The notes under the pieces are model-generated. The model had not been told where the DNA came from. It saw only the letters and a list, made by a program, of their open reading frames with translations, and searched no databases. The position numbers and the translations under genes are program-made. This document shows positions 59,401 to 64,000 of a stretch of 64,000 nt of DNA, piece by piece; the first letter of the stretch is position 1; every line of letters begins with the position of its first letter. This stretch comes from Macrostomum hystrix (Eukaryota > Animalia > Platyhelminthes). The stretch lies in the NCBI GenBank assembly GCA_950097015.1, contig CATNEN010000034.1:496001-560000 (forward strand), written 5' to 3'.

Positions 59401-62128
59401 GAAGGAGCGGTTTGGTGATGTCCTTTGGGAGGATGATGCGGAGGGCGTCGCGGTGTGGCTTGTGGACGCCGATCTGATAAAAGGCAGCCTTTAGATCAGA
59501 TGAAATGGCAAAACGGTGGGAACGGTGCACTAGAAGGACCTGGAGCATGGAGGTCAGAATGTTGGGTCCGGTGTCCAGGAGGTCATTAAGCGCAGTCCCA
59601 GCCAGAGAAGTCTTGGCGGAGGCGTCGACGACGGGGCGGATCTTGGTTGTGCTTGAGCTCTCCTTAAAGACCGGGAAATGTGGCAGGACATGGACGACTG
59701 GGCCGGCTGGCTGGTCGGTGGTAACGAGTTCTAGGACTCCTTCTTCTTTGTGTTTCTCAAATTCTGCGTAATAGGCCTCGCGTTCGGGAAGACTGAGACG
59801 GCGGTGAGTGGCTTGAGCGCGACCGAAGGCTTGGCCAAAATTGGAAGGCAGAAGCTCTGCACCAGGCTTGAACGGCAGGTCGACGAAGATGCGACCCTCC
59901 GGGTCGCGGCTGGCGGTGGCGAGGAGGCGTCGGGAGGCGTCGTCTTGCATGCAGGGCTTTCCGGCGTCTTTGTCGATGCCCAGAGCTTCGAGATTCGACA
60001 TGCTGTCGAGTAGCTGTTCGAGACGGAGTCCGTTGTCGTTGAGATAGGTGTTAGCGACTAGTGCCTGAGACGAGCCTAGGAGGCCGTTGACGCGGCTGTT
60101 CGTTGTGCCTAGGGAGCCGTTGAGGATGGCACCGAATGGTGTCAGGTAGGCCGTGAGCGTTGGGCGCAGCGCCAGAGCAGGAACCGCGGGGCCGATGAGT
60201 AGTTGGTTGACGTCGCCGCCGAGGATGAGATCAAGAGAAACGTCCCTGTCGTGAGCGGGCGGTAGGTTGCAGACGCCGTTGGGTACGCTCTTGAGGGTGT
60301 TAATGACATCCTTTGGGAGGTTGACAGCAGGCATGTAGATTGGAGCTGCCAGCTGTTCGGAGGCGAGGGCGGTGATTGGCCAGCGGCGGCCGTCTGGAGC
60401 CTGGAGGTCAAAATTCACGAGATCCGCGGTGACATGGCGCCTTGATTCGGTGTGGAAGGTGGAGGTGGCGATCGTGAGTTTCCTGGCAGCCTTGAGGCCA
60501 AGCTTGCGGGCGACGGCGCCGTCGAGGTGAGAATAGGAGCAGCCAGTGTCGATGAGGATGTTGCAGTCGATGGCGCGGCCATCTTTAGGGTTGACGGCCT
60601 TCGCGCGGAGAGTGGCCATGATGGTGGGAACGAGGCCTCCATCGGCTGCGGCAGAGACAAGGGAGTTGGCCTCCTTGGAGTCGGCATCTCTAGCGGCGTT
60701 GAGGTGGGCGTTGTTACGAGGATTCGGTGAGCGATTTTCGGTGATGGTACTCTCGAATGTGGCCCCGTGGAGCGTGGTGTGGTGCGGGGCTTCGCACTCG
60801 CGGCAGCGTCGGTTGTCACGGCAGTCTTTGGTGTGGTGACGGCGGAGGCAGTTACGGCAGAGGTTCTTCTGCCTGACGATCTTAAGGCGGTCGTCGGGCT
60901 TGCGAACCTTGTTGCAGGACATGGCAACGTGGTCGGAGCCGTCGCAGTAGAGACAGTTCTTGCTTGACCTCCAGTGTTGTGGACCGGCAATAGGAGTGGA
61001 AACTGCGGTAGGCCGTGGTGTAGTAGTAGTGCGATGAGCAGGTTCAGCACGTGGAACTGTTGTCGGCCGTCGTTCGCTGCGAGCAGGTGTCGGTCTGCAA
61101 GCAGTGTCGCCTAAAAGAGCTGCGGATGCGTACGGCACAGCCGGCACGGTGGCGGACGCAGCCCGGAGGGTCTTGCGCTTGCGGTCCAGATGATCCTGGA
61201 GCTCGGCCATGGTGGGTATGAGAGGCTGTCCGTTGGAAGCGCGAACATTGCGGATCTCGCTCTGAAAGTCAGGCGGAAGTCGGCTCCAGAGGGCATAGAC
61301 GTACCCGTTGAGTGTGCAATCAAGCTCTCCAAGGCGGAGAAGTTGGCCGGTGGCCAGGCGAAGGGCATCTGCAAACTCCTCGAGCTCCTCAAGGTCGGAA
61401 GCGGAGCTGCAGTGAAGGGCGAGAAGGCGCTGGAATGCGGCGTTCTTTTGTTCTTGCGTGTCGGCGTAGTTGGCTTTGAGCACGCGACATGCCTCGGCGT
61501 AGGCGTTCGGTTGGCAGGCATCGAGGGCGCCCAGTTTCCTTAAGGCGGAGCCGGAGAGGAGACCTCGGAGTGCCTCGAACTTGTCAACGTCGTTAAGGCT
61601 GGAGCGGTCGACGCGGTAGAGGAAGGTGTCCCAGAAGCTCGGAAATGCAGCTGGATCCGCACCGTCAAAGGTTGGGAGTTGGACGCTCTTGAGGATCGTA
61701 GAGCGGATGAGCCCAGCTGGATCTCCAGCTTGTGAGGTGGGCGGTGCAGCAGGCTCCGCTGTTGCGGTAGGATGGACTGCGGCAGCGAGCTGTTGTATTA
61801 GCTGTTGGTTCTGCTGCATCATCGCGGTCATAGAGGCGATCAATGCATTGACATCGATGCCAGGAGTTGTCGGGGTGAGAGTGGCAGCAGTGACCGGCGC
61901 AGTAGGAGTAGCAGACAGTTGTTGTGGGTACCCAGTCGGTCCCGGCGAGGTCGTAGCGGTCGTTAAAGTTGGCGTTAAAGAAGCAACTGGACCAGTGGGG
62001 GCTCCAGAACTAGTGCCAGCGGTGGCAGCAACAGCGGTCGGAGTGGGCGGCATGGTATGCGCCAGAGCAGTAGCGGTTGCAGAAGTGGAGGTGGTGTCGC
62101 CGGCATCCATCGAGCGCGTGATAACCAT
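56417..62128 (-). CDS. BEL/Pao Gag-Pol polyprotein, 1903 aa
   Basis: DUF1759-like LPTFDG; three Cys/His knuckles; protease LIDTG; RT SDLKAAFYQI and YVDN; RNase H/Pao peptidase FSDGA, VPRLEL, DSQIVL and NPAD; integrase HHCC plus D,D,E; DUF5641-like RWNREYL. Confidence 0.97.
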   Translation of the reverse strand: MVITRSMDAGDTTSTSATATALAHTMPPTPTAVAATAGTSSGAPTGPVASLTPTLTTATTSPGPTGYPQQLSATPTAPVTAATLTPTTPGIDVNALIASMTAMMQQNQQLIQQLAAAVHPTATAEPAAPPTSQAGDPAGLIRSTILKSVQLPTFDGADPAAFPSFWDTFLYRVDRSSLNDVDKFEALRGLLSGSALRKLGALDACQPNAYAEACRVLKANYADTQEQKNAAFQRLLALHCSSASDLEELEEFADALRLATGQLLRLGELDCTLNGYVYALWSRLPPDFQSEIRNVRASNGQPLIPTMAELQDHLDRKRKTLRAASATVPAVPYASAALLGDTACRPTPARSERRPTTVPRAEPAHRTTTTPRPTAVSTPIAGPQHWRSSKNCLYCDGSDHVAMSCNKVRKPDDRLKIVRQKNLCRNCLRRHHTKDCRDNRRCRECEAPHHTTLHGATFESTITENRSPNPRNNAHLNAARDADSKEANSLVSAAADGGLVPTIMATLRAKAVNPKDGRAIDCNILIDTGCSYSHLDGAVARKLGLKAARKLTIATSTFHTESRRHVTADLVNFDLQAPDGRRWPITALASEQLAAPIYMPAVNLPKDVINTLKSVPNGVCNLPPAHDRDVSLDLILGGDVNQLLIGPAVPALALRPTLTAYLTPFGAILNGSLGTTNSRVNGLLGSSQALVANTYLNDNGLRLEQLLDSMSNLEALGIDKDAGKPCMQDDASRRLLATASRDPEGRIFVDLPFKPGAELLPSNFGQAFGRAQATHRRLSLPEREAYYAEFEKHKEEGVLELVTTDQPAGPVVHVLPHFPVFKESSSTTKIRPVVDASAKTSLAGTALNDLLDTGPNILTSMLQVLLVHRSHRFAISSDLKAAFYQIGVHKPHRDALRIILPKDITKPLLQGNYEVWRFTRIVMGASPSPWILLAVLHKICHDALSSRDSGLYRTELERVIGGLYVDNLVVGTDTEHDATRLVHRLRGLFHRACFHLREFATNIPGCLVDLPDEDRLADNPVGLLGLRWDTVRDAVSLKKPNLPSPEELTRRTLCRGVYTPFDPVGYATPLILGARLLYRQSFQASDSWDEAVRPEVRAAWAKLLPDLLRLDEITVPRFALQDADQPARLVVFSDGAPGAYGFTIYIWQCLGSNITCRLVFAKTRLAPTARKGLLVTVPRLELWSALIATRAASFILDALRNHLKFEGVTHFIDSQIVLYWLANGKKLRAYESRRVQQILDSDVTRDYRYVPTAANPADHCTKPLSFAQLQQSNYYEGPAFLKEPFTEWLSWTAAMPDPRLLDGVPTSKTATASVATLLAAGSTTHTTPGHLSLRRSDRLERILGVTCYFLRLKAFMLRRPFSKDFPPSHAERQAALLLWIRSAQTECYGAVIRALESGRPKSEKIIAQLDLHLCDGLIRLGSRFANASMDEDSKYPLLLPPGHCLTRLLALLLHRQSSHAGASTVLAMLRDKYWVPKGLLTVREALSSCIQCRLAKGSTRAPPGHGQLPKERLDAEAGPFASVLVDQLGPVFTYDRKLRLSTKRWALLVTCCTTRALHIETLYDYSADAVLHAFERFWCRRGLTKCAVYLDQATAFQAAGKYVESHIATAFQKKLHADLQPLAAARPLVFKFAPVRAPWHQGAVERLVALTKSSLRPALWRKRISDEELHTLLVKIEAILNCRPLTTVSNDPADPSPLTPAHLLGVGPHLLLPVNDDTFLPAGTSAADHLRALHRRRDAILNAFWDRWNREYLNHLRSVHLQERRRHRQNASEFHLDQVCLLAEPTPRATWKLCRILQLHPDPAGIIRYVTIRTTSGHEVCRSVAHLVPLECDTGASQPIVLAAGLPGSSTGSSTSSSAGLSAGSSAGSSASTTEAAGTADGLSARDLRAFRRQAIRDGICDM

Positions 62129-62151
62129 GAATTATTTGAAGAGTTGTGAAC

Positions 62152-62163
62152 GCTCTGCTACCA
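62152..62163 (-). other. Primer-binding site complementary to the 3' end of initiator tRNA-Met
   Basis: TGGTAGCAGAGC, 4 nt inside the 5' LTR. Confidence 0.8.
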
Positions 62164-62167
62164 AATT

Positions 62168-62475
62168 TGTCGCTTGGACAACAAACTAATTAGCAGTTTG
62201 GATGGAGTTTATTTAGTGGCAGTGGAAGGAAAAGGTGAGGCAGATAGAAAGGAACATGGACACGCTTGAGGGCACGCTTACACGCTAAGAGAACCTGTAA
62301 CGGAGAGGTGGTCTTGTACATAGATATAAAAGTGGTAAACGCAAATGGATGAGGTCACAGACAATAAATAAGGTTAGCTGCAACTAATGTGTTAAGGGGA
62401 CTAAAAGTACATGAAAACGTAAGACGAAGACGAAGGCCCAAAAGAGGCGAAGAATTGGAGGATTATAATCCGACA
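62168..62475 (-). repeat. 5' LTR, 308 bp
   Basis: TG...CA ends; followed on the sense strand by the PBS and ATG 62128. Confidence 0.97.
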
Positions 62476-62817
62476 CTCTCTAATTGGTCAGTTTAGAAAA
62501 GAACTGCCACTCTCTAATTGGTCAGTTTAGAAAAGAACTGTCACTCTCTAATTGGTCAGTTTAGAAAAGAACTGCCACTCTCTAATTGGTCAGTTTAGAA
62601 AAGAACTGCCACTCTCTAATTGGTCAGTTTAGAAAAGAACTGTCACTCTCTAATTGGTCAGTTTAGAAAAGAACTGTCACTCTCTAATTGGTCAGTTTAG
62701 AAAAGAACTGCCACTCTCTAATTGGTCAGTTTAGAAAAGAACTGTCACTCTCTAATTGGTCAGTTTAGAAAAGAACTGTCACTCTCTAATTGGTCAGTTT
62801 AGAAAAGAACTGCCACC
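62476..62817. repeat. 34-bp satellite, right part
   Basis: Resumes in register after the TSD, about 10 copies. Confidence 0.93.
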
Positions 62818-63404
62818 TTTTAAATGGTCAGCTTTCAAGAGAACGACAACTGTTTGATTGATACCTGTAGCAATGTTCTGCATCGAATTGAGGTTTTTAT
62901 ATTCTATTTGTGACAAAAAATATATATTTCTATCAAAGTTTTTTCTTGATTATTCTTCATTCCAATTCTTAAAACGTTTCTTGAAATTTTCATATCATTA
63001 TGTGGATATTACATGTTGTTCATAATATAATTTATAATGCCTTCAGATTTCTATGAATTTGCTAAGAAAATCTAGCAGTTTTTTTAATAAATATTGCACT
63101 CATTTTTCATTTTTATGTGTCTCTTTTGTACAATCAATTGCGATACAAAGAATAGACAGGAAAATAAAGTTTTTTAATATGCATTTCGCCTAGTTTCTGT
63201 AGCTTCACTTGTAGCTTGTACTTATAAGAGAGTACTTGCAAATAAGATTAAAAGTGCTTTTCATAAAAATGTTGAGTATTATGATATCGAAAAAATAATA
63301 CTTTTTAAAATGGTTAAATGTCTTTCGATCAGTTTTAGGTTGACTGTTCAGAGATAAACGTTTTGTTATTTTAGAGTTCGGGGTTTCCCTGCTCTCCCTA
63401 CAAA

Positions 63405-64000
63405 GGTATTAGCAGTCAATCAGTTAGGGATTATCAGTCTGTCAGTTAGGGATTAAAAGATTAGGGATTAGTCAGCTTGGGATTAGAAGATTAGGGATTT
63501 GTCAGTTTAGGATTAGCAGTCTGTCAGTTAGGGATTCTCAGTCTGTCAGTTAGGGATTATCAGTCTGTCAGTTAGGGATTATCAGTCTGTCAGTTAGGGA
63601 TTATCAGTCTGTCAGTTAGGGATTCTCAGTCTGTCAGTTAGGGATTAGAAGATTAGGGATTAGTCAGTTAGGGATTATCAGTCTGTCAGTTAGGGATTCT
63701 CAGTCTGTCAGTTAGGGATTATCAGTCTGTCAGTTAGGGATTCTCAGTCTGTCAGTTAGGGATTATCAGTCTGTCAGTTAGGGATTATCAGTCTGTCAGT
63801 TAGGGATTCTCAGTCTGTCAGTTAGGGATTATCAGTCTGTCAGTTAGGGATTCTCAGTCTGTCAGTTAGGGATTATCAGTCTGTCAGTTAGGGATTATCA
63901 GTCTGTCAGTTAGGGATTATCAGTCTGTCAGTTTGGGATTATCAGTCTGTCAGTTAGGGATTATCAGTCTGTCAGTTAGGGATTAGCAGTCTGTCAGTTA
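63405..64000. repeat. 22-bp satellite containing TTAGGG, running off the window end
   Basis: Unit TTAGGGATT(AT/CT)CAGTCTGTCAG, about 27 copies. Confidence 0.95.

Larger units (their letters stand above)
55899..62475 (-). mobile_element. Intact BEL/Pao LTR retrotransposon (6577 bp)
   Basis: Two 308-bp TG...CA LTRs, 5-bp TSD CTCTC (55894-55898 and 62476-62480), single gag-pol ORF. Confidence 0.98.

Noticed and set aside
56373-62189. Many small + strand and alternative-frame ORFs within the retrotransposon
   Set aside because: They are shadows of the GC-rich gag-pol ORF with no recognisable domain; no env-like ORF is seen.

Overview
Eukaryotic (metazoan) genomic DNA with spliceosomal GT-AG introns. 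GC-rich exons, short introns of 83-96 nt and very dense minisatellites resemble the free-living flatworm Macrostomum, but this is inference only. About half of the first 31 kb consists of roughly 20 unrelated tandem arrays (units of 6-54 bp), interspersed with tRNA-derived SINEs. Three host genes lie on the + strand: a 4-exon PP1 glycogen-targeting subunit (PPP1R3-like, RVxF + CBM21, 31.4-34.7 kb), a centrin (49.6-51.7 kb) and a NUDT17-like Nudix hydrolase (52.8-55.5 kb). Mobile DNA comprises a hAT element with TIRs and an 8-bp TSD, a decayed Merlin/IS1016-like transposase, a MULE element carrying a PHD finger, a hAT-type MITE nested in a SINE within the centrin intron, and an intact BEL/Pao LTR retrotransposon with identical LTRs. 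The most unusual observations are: (1) an intronic 64-bp x25 array in the NUDT17 gene whose unit is a complete splice cassette (acceptor, 23-nt stop-free micro-exon, donor); (2) centrin and NUDT17 both open at in-frame phase-0 acceptors, as expected if a flatworm spliced leader supplies the AUG; (3) the young BEL/Pao element has a poly-C tract where the polypurine tract should be. Most long ORFs in the supplied track are artefacts of tandem repeats or antisense shadows. All alignments and counts were done by eye; no database searches were run.
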